From assembly GCA_010909165.1 (NCBI GenBank), contig MU008164.1, positions 1,302,001 to 1,366,000 of the forward strand: DNA of 64,000 nt. Direction: 5' to 3'. A model generated the notes under the pieces. It made no database searches. It saw only the letters and a list, made by a program, of their open reading frames with translations, and had not been told where the DNA came from. Within the stretch, counting starts at the first letter, position 1. Each line of letters begins with the position of its first letter. This document shows positions 13,075 to 27,112 of this stretch, in pieces. Both the position numbers and the translations under genes were made by a program. This stretch comes from Anthoceros angustus. Lineage: Eukaryota > Plantae > Anthocerotophyta.

Positions 13075-15200
13075 CATAAAGGCGCCGCACTCACTTCCAC
13101 CTCCACTGCGACCTCCAGGTCAGAAAGTAGCCGTGCTTGGCGAACACGCATAGGCATAACCGGAAATGCAGCGGCTCTTACCTTCGGTCGCCTCTTACAA
13201 AGGCGTGCTGTTTGTGGATGGGTTGAGCGTGTGTGTGAGGCGCATGCGGAGTTCGCCGTGGGCCTCTGCGCCACTTCGCCGAGGGCTTCAAACTCTTGCT
13301 CACATGCTTGGCCGCCTTTCCGACCGGCACTCTCGACCCAATCGCGGTGGATCGCCGTGTAGGCGTAGCAACTCCTCTTCGCCAAGAGGGCGGAGGTTGG
13401 TAGAGGCCCAAGTCTCCAGCAAGTCTTGAGCTCTATCGCCCGAGGTCCGTGCCCGGGTCTATGTTCGAGCCTTGAGCCTCGCAGCAGCGATGTCCGATCG
13501 GCTATGAAGCTATCTATTGTCCCGACATCGTAAAGCTCCAACCCCGCAAACAAATCGCACCAATCCCTTCCGTGTCTATCCCATGTGCTGCCTTTCTCCA
13601 TTATCGCGTGGGCGTCAACAACGCTGCGTGGTCCCCCACCTTCGGCACTCCCGATCTTCGCCTCCGCAAGATGGCGAAGAACATTTCGCCTCGGCGCTCG
13701 AGCATTCCGTTTCACGACGGAAGATGGCTGGCGCTTTCTTCGCATCCTCCGTGATAACCGCGCATCGCCATGCTCTCTGAGCAGTTCACGATCGCACTCA
13801 CTTCCACCTCCACTGCGACCTCCGGGCGGTCAAAGTAGCCGTGCTTGCGAACACGCAGCATGGCATATGCAACGGAAATGCGCAGCTCTTACCTTCAAAG
13901 ATCGCCTCTTACAAAGCGTCTGCTTTTGTGGATGGGTTGGAGCGTGGTGTGTGTGTGACGGCGCGCCAGCGGAGTTCGCGCATCTGGCCTCTGCGCCACT
14001 TCCGGTGAGGGCTTCAAACTCTTGCTCACATGCTTGGCCGCTCCTTTCCGACCGCGGACTCTCGACCCAATCGCGGTGGCTGCGTGTAGGCGTAGCAACT
14101 CCTCTTCGCCAAGGGAGTGGGAGGTTGGTAGAGGCCCAAGTCTCAACAAGTCTTGAGCTCTATCGCCCGAGGTCCGGGGAGGTCTATGTCTTGACGAGAG
14201 CCTCAGCAGCGATGTCCATCGGCTATGAAGCTATCTATTGTCCCGTAAAGCTCCAACCCGCACACCAGCAAGTCGCACCAATCCCTTCCGTGTCTATCCC
14301 ATGCTGTGCCTTTCTCCATTATCGCGTGGGCGTCAACAACGCTGCGTGGTCCGGTTCCCACCTTGGCACTCCATCTTCGCCTCCCGCAAGATGGCGAAGA
14401 ACATTTCGCCTCGGCGCTCGAGCATTCCGTTTCACGACGGAAGATGGCGGCTTTCTTCGCATCCTCCGGGATAACCGCGCATCGCCATGCTCTCTGAGCA
14501 GTTCACGATCGCACTCACTTCCACCTCCACTGCGACCTCCGGGCGGTCAAAGTAGCCGTGCTTGGCGAACACGCAGCATGGCATATGCAACGGAAATGCG
14601 CAGCTCTTACCTTCAAAGATCGCCTCTTACAAAGCGTCTGCTTTTGTGGATGGGTTGGGCGTGGTGTGTGTGTGACGGCGCGCCAGCGGAGTTCGCGCAT
14701 CTGGCCTCTGCGCCACTTCGGTGAGGGCTTCAAACTCTTGCTCACATGCTTGGCCGCTCCTTTCCGACCGCGGACTCTCGACCCAATCGCGGTGGCTGCG
14801 TGTAGGCGTAGCAACTCCTCTTCGTCAAGGGAGTGGCGGAGGTTGGTAGAGGCCCAAGTCTCAACAAGTCTTGAGCTCTATCGCCCGAGGTCCAGGCCGG
14901 GTCTATGTCTTGACGAGAGCCTCAGCAGCGATGTCCATCGGCTATGAAGCTATCTATTGTCCCGTAAAGCTCCAACCCGCACACCAGCAAGTCGCACCAA
15001 TCCCTTCCGTGTCTATCCCATGTGCTGTGCCTTTCTCCATTATCGCGTGGGCGTCAACAACGCTGCGTGGTCCGGTTCCCACCTTGGCACTCCAGATCTT
15101 CGCCTCCCGCAAGATGGCGAAGAACATTTCGCCTCGGCGCTCGAGCATTCCGTTTCACGCCACGGAAGATGGCGGCTTTCTTCGCATCCTCCGGGATAAC
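13075..15200. repeat. tandem triplication of a ~717-bp segment (equivalent to 3958-4680)
   Basis: tcgccatgctctctgagcagttcacg starts at ~13765 and ~14482; each block ends in gataaccgcg. Confidence 0.8.
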
Positions 15201-18200
15201 CGCGGCCATGCCGCCGCCGCCAGACACGGCAATGGGCCGGCGGAAAGGCCGCGTTCACCGTTCGCTGCGCGGTGTGTTGGGGTGACGCTCACCCCGCACC
15301 CAGGGCGTCGCCGTCCTTTCTTCCGCCCGCTCATTTCCGTGCACCGCCCCGCAATGCATTGAGAGCCCCGGTCCGGCGATGTCGCCTTGATGCCACACAG
15401 TCGGCGCGCCAGCGTCGGCTGCATCCCGAACCATGTCCGTCGCTCCCGACACGCCCCACCGGCCCGCATCCTCTTCCGGCGAGCGCACCCTCTTCGTCTT
15501 CCAACACGCTTTTGGCGGTAGTTCGGAGCATGTCGGCGTCATCGGGATCTGGGATCCCACACATATCAGGCGCACCGCAAACGTTAAGCGCTCTCGGATG
15601 CGGTCTTGCTGGAGGGAAGAGGAGTGGCTAGCTGAGGATTGCTTGCTGCGGCTTGCACCTTCCGACTCGCCGTGGCCCAAGAGGCTGCGGGCAAGGCGGA
15701 AGAGAATCGCCACTGGTCGAGCGGCTCGGCTGCTCGACTCAACCATCATACCTCGCCCCACGGGCATGGCGGCGGGCGTGCAAGTCGGCAGTGCAATCCG
15801 CTACTCCAATCCGCCTGACAAACTGCCTCCCCCCATCACCGTCTGGTCCTAAGTGGATGCCCTCGTATATGCGATTCTGCGGAACCGTGATCTTCAACTT
15901 CTTCATGTGCACGCGACCATGCGCACTTGTAGACGCCATCCCCCTTTCCCGTCTCCCCACGCCTGAGACCATTATCGGGTGATTCCGGCGTTGTGTCAGG
16001 GGAATGTTTCCAATCGCCGCGCGGACCGTTGCCTCTTCCGGCGCACTTGGGCGAAGGTGCGTTCTGCGCTTCCCGCGGAGGTTCCTACCGCCCGTCGACC
16101 ACCTTGGGAAGTAGGCCTGTGGCTAGCCACACGGAGGACCGCCTTGGCAGGCGGGTGCTGCACACCCAGCGGGCCTCTGCGTTCCGTCTAGCAAGTCTGC
16201 GGAGGCGCCAAGAAGCACAGGCACGAAAGGAGGGCGTCCCGCCATGGGGGTTACATTGGAAAACATTGTCACGTCATCGTTGTCGTGGACCCAATCCTCC
16301 AAGATGCCACCGCAATCGTGCACCTCATTCAATCTGCGGCGCTCGGGCCTTCGTCGGTGGCCATGCCTTGAAAGATTGCGGTGCAATTGGAAATGTGTGA
16401 ACCGGCTCGTGAAGAGATGCGATAGCAGCGCGAGAAGAATGCCGATCTTCCGATGTCATATATCAAACCCTTTTACCTTGGGGAGTGACGGATCGCCGTT
16501 GCCGCATGCACACTCTTCCTGCACGCCGAGAGGTCACGGCCATTACTGCGTGTAATCGCCCCAAATTTTCTCATCCGCTTTTCGGATATGCAATTGGGCG
16601 CGGTATATGTATGGGAACATGTGCCTGTTTTAAAGGTTTCATCGCCGGGGCGAGCGCGGCGCCCCCCAACAAAGAAGAAGGTCATTAAATGCATGAGCGT
16701 GAGGAGGCGACTGCAATGGATGGGAGGCGCGTAGCCGGGGTTAACCGCGTCCACATTATGCACCGCAATGCACGGAACAAAGCGCCCATGGAAGTCAGCG
16801 GACGGCAAGTGCGGGCACGCCATTTCGTCATCTCCGAATATGGGAAATGCCATCTGCTCATAAAACGGCATGTACAACGAGCATGCATATACCGAGTTAG
16901 TCCCTAGCCTTGGAAAAAATGCCCAGGTTTGATTTTTATAACCATCGCACATGGCAAATTTGTCCAGTTGCCTCAGCCTTCGTCAAAGCGGGATCGGGTG
17001 AATAGGCGCGATTATCACCATCCTTGGGTTTTGGTGTACCAGAAGAACAGAATAACAGCCAATTGTTTCAAGTCCAACGTGGAAGGGAGGAAATTTGGAT
17101 GACAGGAAAAAATGGGAAAAAATGCGGGACACGTCTCTATCCCTCTACAACAGTGATGCATGACTGGCATACGTAGGACGACGGTGATATGGTGCATATA
17201 TAGACATATATTTTGTGCATGCCTATATGTCTGCATGTCCATATATGTATGCACTCCTGCATATATAAACAGGTATGACATAAAAGTCTATATCCTTGGC
17301 CTATGGCGAAGGAACTTCAGCCAAGATGCATGACAACTTGTTAAGTTTTTCCACATTCCTTGGTCTTTGGGAAGGTGGGTATGAAATAAATGTCTATATA
17401 TGCAAGAAGAAGGCTGAAGCAACAGTGCAAGACCAACCGCCTCTTTCCTTGAGATGGCTAGGTTTTCCATCAATCGGGGACAAAGCGTCATATGCCTTTC
17501 AAGGAACCTTTTCTACAATGCATGTCAAGTTCTTCTCGGGTGTTTCCTCATCTCCCTTGGTCTTGGCAAAGTAAGAACATGTTGGTTTCTCCCATTCCTC
17601 CTGCATGGATAGGCATATATTTCATATATGTGTCTAAGTCTACAGAGCATTGCATGTGACATGTTATGTACATGAATGATTGAAAACCCTCCTTGGCCTA
17701 TGGTAGAAGTTCTTACAGTTGTTCCATGCAGCCCGGACAAAGTTCCTTGGCCTATGGCGAAGGAACTTTGGCCAGGATGCATGGAACAACTTGCCTCCTT
17801 TTTAACCCCGAAGTTTCTTTCGCATGTGACATGTTATGTACATGAATGATTGAAAACCCTCCTTGGCCTTTGGTACAAGTGAGACGGCATGCCTTGGTCT
17901 TTGAAAGGAAGTTCAAAAAGAAAAGTCTATATATGCTGGAAGAGGGTGAACTTTTTACATGATGGTGCAAAAGTTGGCTTCCAGTTTTTTCCCAAGGAAC
18001 AACTTGCGACATGGCAAGTTGTTCCATGCAGCCCGGACAAAGTTCCTTGGCCTATGGCGAAGGAACTTTGGCCAGGATGCATGGAACAACTTGCCTCCTT
18101 TTTTTCCCTGATGTTTCTTTCCCATATGACATGTTATTTACATGAATGATTGAAAAAACCTCCTTGGCCTTTGGTAGAAGTGACCCGGCATGCCTTGGTC

Positions 18201-21200
18201 TTTGAAAGTGAGGGGGATCGGGTGGTGTATAAATCACGTGGAATAGCCGGAATGTATGGGGAGACAGTAACCCTGCGCCCCAAGTAGTTGGCTACATACA
18301 TGGCGATTTGTTGTGAGGGTGTGCGATTCGAGAAGCGGCATGGAACGGCACACCGTCCGTCCGGTTGGATCCCCTAGCGGCGTGAACGCGTTGGGATGCC
18401 GGTCCGATCATGGTGAGATTGGAAGAACAACTTGCATACCAAGGGCAAGAAGAAGGAGAAGCGGCCGTAAGAATGGCGGAAGGCGGAGACATCGGATGCG
18501 GCCGACGAGTGGTGCATAGAGTGGTGCGGCCTGCCACCACGGTTGGCCAATGGTGTGCGGTGATTATGCGTGCGGTGGACACCTCCCGATTTTTATACAC
18601 GGGGTGTAGGGTGTGCGATTCGAGAAGCAGGGGCGGCGGCACACCGTCCGTCGGTTGGATCTGGCCGCGGTGAAACGTTGGGATGCCGGTCCGATCATGG
18701 TGAGATTGGAAGAACAAACTTACGCCACCAAGCAAAGAAGGAGGCGGTGACGAAGAATGGCGGAAGGCGGAGACATCGGATGCGGCCGGCAGGTGGTGCC
18801 GGCGGGTAGTGGCGCCGCGTCCTGCATTATTGGCCAATGGTGCGGTGATTATGCGTCACGGTGGACACCTCGATTTCTTGTACGGCGGGGTGTAGGGTAT
18901 GCGGAACCGCGGTGGACGACACGCACGCAAGTGTGATGGATGGAGAGGGAAAGAGCTGCGGTGCAGTGCGCGTGCTCTGGCGATGGCGGCGCGACACGCG
19001 GGCAATCGCTTTTCCGCGCGCACACATCCTTGGAATGGAAGCGGAGGAGTTTGCCTCATGGCTAGTGGAAACGCCGAGGAGGTGGTGCGGAATCGGAAGG
19101 AGGACTTTCCGGTCTGACCGATAGCGGCACGGTAGAGGCGAAAAGGACGGTTGTCGCCCGGCGTGCCGTGTGGCCGCCGAGGTGAAGATCCGGTGGGACA
19201 AAGGGCAAGGAAGCGGGCAGACGGCGGTGGCCCAGCGGCATGGCGTTGTGGAGCGGAAGGCGGAGGAGGAGGAGGCTTGGGTGGCATGGATGACGGGAGG
19301 ACGTTGGAGGCGGTGTCGGAGGTGCGGCCGAGGAAGGGTCTAGGAAAACCTACACGTTCTTGTTGCTATTTTGCTTGCTATGCGATCACGATTATGAGCT
19401 TGCCATGGTGTGCGATGAGTGGCAATGGTAGTACATCGGCGTACCGTTGCATGTGGACGGAGGCGGAAACCCCAAATAATGGAAACCCCAAATCATGATT
19501 GTGAATAGTGATGTGTTTTGGGCGATCAGTATACGCTCACTGCGAGTGTCATGAAGAGGACAAGAGTTGGCGGTTAAGGACACGAACATAAGGAGGCGAA
19601 AAGGGTTGACAAAGCGTCATATGCCTTTCCCAAGGAACCTTTTCTACAATGCATGTCAAGTTCTTCTCCGGGTGTTTCCTCATCTCCCTTGGTCTTGGCA
19701 AAGCTCGAAGAACATGTTGGTTTCTCCCATTCCTCCTGCATGGATAGGCATATATTTCATATATGTGTCTAAGTCATGTGCATATTTTCGCATGTGACAT
19801 GTTATGTACATGAATGATTGAAAACCCTCCTTGGCCTATGGTAGAAGTTCTTACAGTTGTTCCATGCGGCCGGACAAAGTTCCTTGGCCTATGGCGAAGG
19901 AACTTTGGCGATGCATGGAACAACTTTCTCCTTTTTCCCCGAAGTTTCTTTTATGACATGTTATTTACATGAATGATTGAAAACCCTCCTTGGCCTTTGG
20001 TACAAGTGAGACGGCATGCCTTGGTCTTTGAAAGGAAGTTAAATAACAAAAGTCTATATATGCTGGAAGAGGGTGAACTTTTTACATGATGGTGCAAAAG
20101 TTGGCTTCCAGTTTTCCCAAGGAACAACTTGCGACATGGCAAGTTGTTCCATGCAGCCCGGACAAAGTTCCTTGGCCTATGGCGAAGGAACTTTGGCCGA
20201 ATCATGGAACAACTGCCTCCTTTTTCCCCGATGTTTCTTTCCATGTGACATGTTATGTACATGAATGATTGAAAACCTCCTTGGCCTTTGGTAGAAGTGA
20301 CGGCATGCCTTGGTCTTTGAAAGTGAGATCGGGTGGTGTATAAATCGTGGAATAGCGAATGTATGGGGAGGCGGTAACCCTGCCCCAAGTAGTTGCTTCA
20401 TACATGGCGATGTTGTGAGGGTGTGCGATTCGAGCGGCATGGCAAGCGGTAGCACCGTCCGTCCGGTGGATCTGACGGCGGTGAGCGTTGGGATGATCCG
20501 ATCATGGTGAGATTGGAAGAACAAACTTACGCCAAGCAAGAAGGAGAAGCGGCCCGGCGAAGAATGGCGGAAGGGGCGGAGACATCGGATGCGGCCGACG
20601 AGTGGTGCATAGAACGGGTAGTGGCATGCCATACCTGTTGAGGCCAATGGTGTGCGGTGATTATGCGTCACGGTGGACACCTCCCGATTTTCTTGTACGG
20701 GGTGGGTGTGGAACACCCTGGGCGCGGTGGATGGAGAGGAAGAGCTGCGGTGCAGTGCGCGTGCTCACGGCGATGGCGGCGGAAGGGCGGCGGTGGCAAG
20801 CGCTTTTCGCTGCGCATCCTTGGAATGGAAGCGGAGGAGTTTGCCTCATGTGGCGTGGAAGCAGGTGGTGCGGAATGGGAGGACTTTCCGGTGCAACGAT
20901 AACTGCGGTAGGGAGAAGGACGGTTGTCGTCCAGTGGCGGTGCCGTCGAGGAGGTGAAGATCCGGTGGGACAAAGGGCAAGGAAGGCGGAAGGGAGGCGG
21001 GCAGGCGGTGGCCCAGGCATGGCGTTGTGGAGCAGGCGGAGGAGGAGGAGGCTTGGAGTGGCATGGATGACGGGAGGGCGTTGGAGGCGGTGTGGAGGTG
21101 CGGCGAGGAAGGGTCTAGGAAAACCTACACGTTTCTTTGCTTGCTTGCTATGCGATCACGATTATGAGCTTGCCATGGTGTGCGATGAGTGGCAATGGTA

Positions 21201-21839
21201 GTATCTTGGCGGTGGCGGCCGCGGCTTTGCGTGGGAGACGGAAACCCCAAATAATGGAAACCCCAAATCATGATTGTGAATAGTGATGTGTTTTGGGCGA
21301 TCAGTATACCGCGAAAGTGTCATGAAGAGGACAAGAGTTGGCGGTTAAGGACACGAACATAAGGAGGCGAAAAGGGTTGACAAAGCGAGAGACAAAATTT
21401 TATGGTTGCCATCCGGTCTGCGGTCGAGCGGGTGGTGGACAATTGGAGTTCATGATCGGCGGTGTGGCGGTACGCTGCACGCATCGCACCGCCATTTGCG
21501 ACACGCATGCGGGCAAATTCGGGATTAAATGGGCGGCCGAATCGGGCCATGACCAGAGACAACGGCGAGACCTCTTTGCGAAATAGGAACCCGAGTTGCG
21601 AGGACACGCGAGTCGCCAGCGTCGACACCGAGGCCAGCCGGAAGTGCATCGCAATTGGAAAGTAGGGAGGCGTAGAAGGCGCGGAAGGGGAGTGAAGAAA
21701 AAGGGCACCTCGGGCGTGGAAGGCGAAGCGATGCGAGGAGGAGGCGGATCGCGGTGGCGGCAAGCGGGGAGGCGGAGGCGGCGGCGGGGCCGGAGCCATG
21801 GTGGAGGCCACGCTCCCTATTCCCGCCACGACGGCGGTG

Positions 21840-23180
21840 GCGAGCATTGGGCGAGCGCCATGGCGGCAGCGGCGAGAGGGGCGGCGGCCGGCGGCGGGGG
21901 CGGGGAGGCACTCGCCTCCCCATGGAGAAGGAGGCGGGGGCGGGGATGGCGGCGCCTCCCCGCGATGGAGGCGGCGGCAGGCGGGGCCCCATCGTGAGGC
22001 GGGGAGGCACTGCCCTCCCCATGGCGATGGAGAGGAGGCGGAGGCGGCGAGTCGCCTCCGCCCTCAAGGAAAGGGGGCCTGGCCTCCCCATGGCGGCGGC
22101 GGCCGGCGGGGGGCACTGCCTCCCCATGGAGAAGGAGGCGGGGCGGGCGGGCGCCTCCCAGCGATGGGCGGAGGCGGCGGGGCCCAGGCGGGCGGGGGGG
22201 GCACTCGCCTCCCCATGGAGAAGGAGGCGGGCGGGCGCCTCCCCGCCGATGGGCGGAGGCGGGGAGCGGCGGGGCGGCGGGCGGGGAGGCACTGCCTCCC
22301 CATGGCGGGAGGCGGGGCGGGAGGCGAGGCGCCTCCCCATGGAGAAGGAGGCGGGGGCACTGCCCTCCCCTCGCGATGGTGGCGGCAGGCGGGGGCGGGG
22401 CGGGGAGGCACTGCCTCCCCATGGAGGCGGGGCGGGAGGCGAGGCGCCAGCCGGAAGTGCATCGCAATTGGAAAGTAGGGAGGCGTAGAAGGCGCGGAGG
22501 GGAGTGAAGAAAAAGGGCACCTCGGCGTGGAAGGCGAAGCGATGCGGAGGAGGCGGATCGCGGTGGTGGCGGCAAGCGGGGAGGCGGAGGCGGCGGCCGC
22601 GGAGCCATGGTGGAGGCCACGCTCCCTATTCACGCCCGGCGATGGCGGTGGCGAGCATTGGGGGCGGGCGCCATGGCGGCCAGCGGCGAGAGAGGCGGCG
22701 GCGCGGCGAGGGGCGGGGGAGGCACTGCCCTCCCCATGGAGGCGGGCGGGGATGGCGGGCGCCTCCCCGATGAGGCGGGGAGGCAGGCGCCTCCGCCCTC
22801 GAAGGGGCTGGCCTCCCAGCGGCGAGGCGCAGGCGCGGGGGCAGGCGGCCAGCGGGGAGGCACTCGCCTCCCCATGGCGGCGGAGGCGCGGGCGGGCGCC
22901 TCCCAGCGATGGCGGTGGCGGAGGCTCGGGAGGAGGCAGGGGCAGCGGGGCGGGGCGGCAGCGGGGAGGCACTGCCCTCCCCATGGCGATGGGCGGGGCG
23001 GGAGGCGGCGCCTCGCCCTCGAAGGGGCCTGGCCTCCCCCTGATGGAGGCGGCGTGGGAGGCGGGGGACCCAGGCGGCGGCGGGAGGCGGCCTCCCCATG
23101 GTGATGGAGGTGGCGGTGGGCTCGGCGGAGGAGGCGGAGGAGGCGGGGAGGCGGGTTGCCCTCCCAGCGATGGCGGGCGG
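21840..23180. repeat. GC-rich minisatellite, same family as 10540-11365
   Basis: Repeated gcctccccatgg(ag|cg) motifs. 22970-23080 closely matches 11250-11360; 22445-22630 duplicates 21630-21822. Confidence 0.8.
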
Positions 23181-24499
23181 GAGGCACATCAGCGGAGAGG
23201 AGAGGGAGGAGCATGGCGCCGAGGAGGAAGGCAACCCCGCCTTTGGGGACGGGCGGGAGGCGGGCGGAGGCGGGGCGGGAGGCGATTGCCGCCGCCGCCG
23301 CCGAGGCCGAGGGGAGGAGGATGGCGGCAGGTGCCTCACGCCGCCGAGCCGGAGGCCGAGCTCGGGCATGGCGGTGGCATGCATGTCCGCCGCCATGCCC
23401 GAGCCGGAGGTGGAGCATGGTGGCGGCATCGCGATGACTGCCGCCGCCGAGACCGAGGCCGACGGAGAGCCTAGCGATGGCGGGAACGAGGGCGGGGATG
23501 CGGAAGGCGCGGATGGGCGGCCGTCTTTGGAGCGGACGGCGAGCCTAGCGATGGCGGCGGGCGCCATGGCGGCGGGAGGCGCGCCGATCCGGTTGAGAAG
23601 CGATTTATGGGAGGAATAACCGGTTCCATCGGTGAGGCATCTCGGCGTGGGCGGGCGGCGGAGGCTCGGGAGGCGAGGCTGCGGAGGAGGCGGGGAGGCG
23701 CTGCGCGAGCTCACGGCGGTGGAGGAGCATCCGGCACACTGGAGGAGGAGGAGGAGGAGGGGAGCGGTGGCGGTGGCGGGCGGAGGCCATGTCGGAAGAA
23801 GAAGGAGGCGGTGCGGCTCCAACCCCAACTCCCGCGGAGGCGAGCACAAGGGGAGGAAGCGCGACTACGAGTCGGACACGGTGTCGGAGTGGAAGCCGGC
23901 CAAGGCGGGTGCCTCCGACGCCCAATCCGGGCCTGCTGGGCGCTGGACGGCGAGACGGAGGCGATGAACAGCGGAATGCTCGGCCGTCGAGCCATGGAGG
24001 GCACAATTAAGGTTCTCGTGATGATGAAGCGCATGGAGGACGAGGGAAGTAGGCGTCGTCATCCCTTGTGCTCGAGTTGCATCACCAGTATTAGGTTTTG
24101 CATAGGGGCGGCCAGGAAGGCCGCCTTGATGGGAGATAGGGTTGGATGCTAGCTGTTACTGCGATGTGTCGGTGGACATCCTTTTGATCAATGCAATGGC
24201 ACCGCTGAAAATTTCGCTCTTTGCACGCCTATCCGTTCTTGGCGAGGTTGTTGGGTGGCGCGGTGGTGGTGTGGGTTCTTGCCGCAGCTTACTAATTCGC
24301 GGGTGGAAGAAAGCAGTGAGCAATTTGTCAAGTCAGTTGAGCCGGATCAGTGAGTTTTGAAGACCACCGATGGTCACAGCGTTGAATGTGGTTGTAGAAA
24401 ATGGGAAGGACTTTCAAAGTGGGGACTGTGTTTGTGGACCGAACCTTGTGGATGGGCAGACGGGTTTTGCACGAGCCGCTCCTGGTCATCTAACATGAA

Positions 24500-26150
24500 A
24501 GGAACAGCAGTCAACCGGGGCAGAATGCGAGAGGTGCATCAAAGCCACCCTTACAGGGAAGGAAGCCGGTGCAAGAGGATGTGTTAGCTGCCACATAGGT
24601 GGGGAACGATGTGGCGAGGAGGAATGGCTGACCCTAACAGGATGACCGTTGTTTGAGTCCCGCAGGCTTGTCGAATGTACGCACCTAGGTGCGGAGAAGG
24701 GAGGCAATCTGCGGTGTGAAAAGAGGCGGACGATGTGTTTGTGCCCGTTGTGGTGAATATGTATGCCAAGTGTGGGAGAATGGAGGCGCTTACGGAGTGG
24801 CGTTGTCGCGAAGAGAAATCGTGGGGAATTCTCGTGACACCTCGTGGTGGGATGAAAGGCAAAATCCGTGTGAGATAGATAGGGCAGCGGGCCATCCACC
24901 TATACCATTCGATGCGCAGTGGAGTGCACAAATGCCCATGTGTTTGTGGGAGGTGGGCGGGGAGTGTGCAAGGGCATCCGATATGAAATGTGGGTACTAG
25001 GGCATGCAGTTGTTGCTTGATGCCGGACTCGGTTTACATGCGACTTAAAGTGTGGTGAACATGTATGGAATGTGTGGCAGATTGGGGGACGGACAATCAG
25101 GGAATGACGGCCTACACCAGAAGAAAGTGGTGACATGAACTGCTTTCATAGCACCATAATCTGAGGAAGGTATGGGGCAGAATACCCTGGATCTGTCCAG
25201 TGCTATCCAACCTGGAGCCATGGGTGTCCCATGCATGACTGTTGACATGTGTGGCACTTGGTGGGTTGTGCGAGTGGACGCACCCTGCCTCTGGAGAAGG
25301 GGAGGCAGCTCCATCTGCAGACGAGGAAAAGAGAGCATGAAGACCATGTGTACGTGCCCAACAGTTTGGTGGATATGTATGCCAAGTGTGGCAGAATGGA
25401 GGACGGTCAGATACTGACGTTGTCGCCAGGAAACATGGTGGCAACAATTTTAGTGGTGGCCCCTCACTGTGGAGGAATGAAAAGCCAAAATGTGCTTGTA
25501 ACCAGGGGAGAGGACAATCAGGCCATACAGCTGTTACAACGGACGTGGAGGTCGAGTGCAAACCCACATGCCCATATGTTTGAGGAAGGTCTTCAGGCTG
25601 GTGGAAGGGAATGCGATATGAAATCTGGGCAGCAGGTGCTTGCTGCTTTGTTAGGTAGTGGCGTGGAACCAGATTCCCATGTGTCTACCTGTCTGGTGAA
25701 CATATATTGAAAGTGTGGCAGCTTGGCGGACTGGCAAAGAGTGAATGACAGCCAAGAGCAGAATAATGTGGTGACATGGACTGCTTTGATTGCAGCATAT
25801 TCTCAGGAAGGTAAGGGGTAGACAACCGTGCATCTGTCCAGTGCTATGCAAGATGAAGCCATGGCTATACCTAATTGCATGACAGTTGTGTGCCTCCTGC
25901 AGGCTTGCGCGAGTGTAGGCACCCGGGCTCTGGAGAAGGGGAGTCAGATCTACGTGCAGTTCAGGAAAAGAGGACATGATGGCGATGTGTTTGTGCCGAC
26001 CATTGTGGTGAATATGTATGCCAAGGGTGGCAGATTGGAGGGGCAGTCGATGAGTGTTTCATAGACTTAAGATGGGATGTGGTTACCTAGACTTGCATAA
26101 TAGGAGGAATTCGACCACCGTGTGCGTGGCATGTATCATGTATACCGTGA
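24500..26150 (+). pseudogene. degenerate PLS-class PPR gene
   Basis: Fragments VVNMYAKCGRME, NSLVDMYAKCGRMEDG, CLVNIY*KCGSL, VVTWTALIAAYSQEG, TVVCLLQACASVG, IVVNMYAKGGRLE, broken by stops and frameshifts. Confidence 0.8.
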
Positions 26151-27112
26151 TATGGAAGAATAAGGCATGGGTCTACCCAATTCGGTCACCCATCCCTCTT
26201 CCACTTTGTGGAGGTGGATCACGCTAGAGCGTGTTTGAACAGCGTGTACCCTAAACCCTACAAACAAGAATCCATTGTCCCTAGATAAGAAGACACGGAC
26301 ACGCCCGGCGTGTGCGGGGTTCGCAAATGATGGCCGTCTTGTCGGCCTCGGCCGTCATTGCCTTGCAAGCCATGGCCGGCGAAGGGTTTAGCAACAGTTA
26401 GTGCGCTGCTTGGCAGCAGGTTAGGGTTTGCGGGCATGGGATAGCATCGAAGAAAACTTAATGGCGGGAGGAAGTGTAGAAAACTTGAAAACATAGTTTC
26501 CGGTCCGGCTCTTTGTTTTCAAAGTTGGAAGGACAAAACATTTAAACCAAACTTAGGGTTTGGGGGTGAAAGTGTGTGTCCCTTTGGTGCTTGGCGCTCT
26601 TGGTTAGGCGCCAAAGCGGCCATGTGGGCATGTGCTCGAAAAAAGAAACCGTCTTTGGAATGTAGGGTATATTCCTCAACATCCCCACGCCTTGCATGGG
26701 TTTCGCGAAAAAAAAAATGTCCCATCCCCTCTGTCCCCTTTGGTATGCCATACAGGACTTCACAAGGTTGATTCATTTTGTTTAACATCCCAATGTATAG
26801 CTATATTTTTATACTATTTAATATACTATTTAATAAAGATATAGGTCGTAGAATAGGTATCCTAGGGTTTGGTATCTGTAAATAAATAAAACAATTCCGG
26901 ACAGTTGATATCGGGGCAGCAAATAAAGTTTCCGTTGCTCTTCTAAGATGGTATGTGAACTTGGTGAGATAATTCAAGGAAAGGGGATACATACATAGGG
27001 AAAAAACGCGGCAGGCTAAATAACCCGGGATCAGTCTTTCTCGAAAAAACAAACCCGGGATCAGTGACATGACGTGAACGTCCTGCGGCTCTAGACAGCA
27101 GGAGTGGGAAGC

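Larger units (their letters stand above)
9206..21822. repeat. copy 2 of the 8.2-kb unit, expanded by internal duplications (minisatellite insert, 0.72-kb triplication, ~2.1-kb duplication 17480-19617 / 19608-21380)
   Basis: Colinear with copy 1. Junction at 19608 (gacaaagcg|tcatatgcc) returns to the 17480-equivalent sequence. Ends at the same ccacgctccctattc as 9195-9210. Confidence 0.8.

Noticed and set aside
1-21822. rDNA array hypothesis for the 8-kb tandem unit
   Set aside because: No conserved 18S, 5.8S, 25S or 5S sequence recognised.
10290-23849. Numerous long Pro/Arg/Gly/Ala-rich ORFs on both strands
   Set aside because: They arise from stop-poor GC-rich minisatellite and low-complexity DNA.
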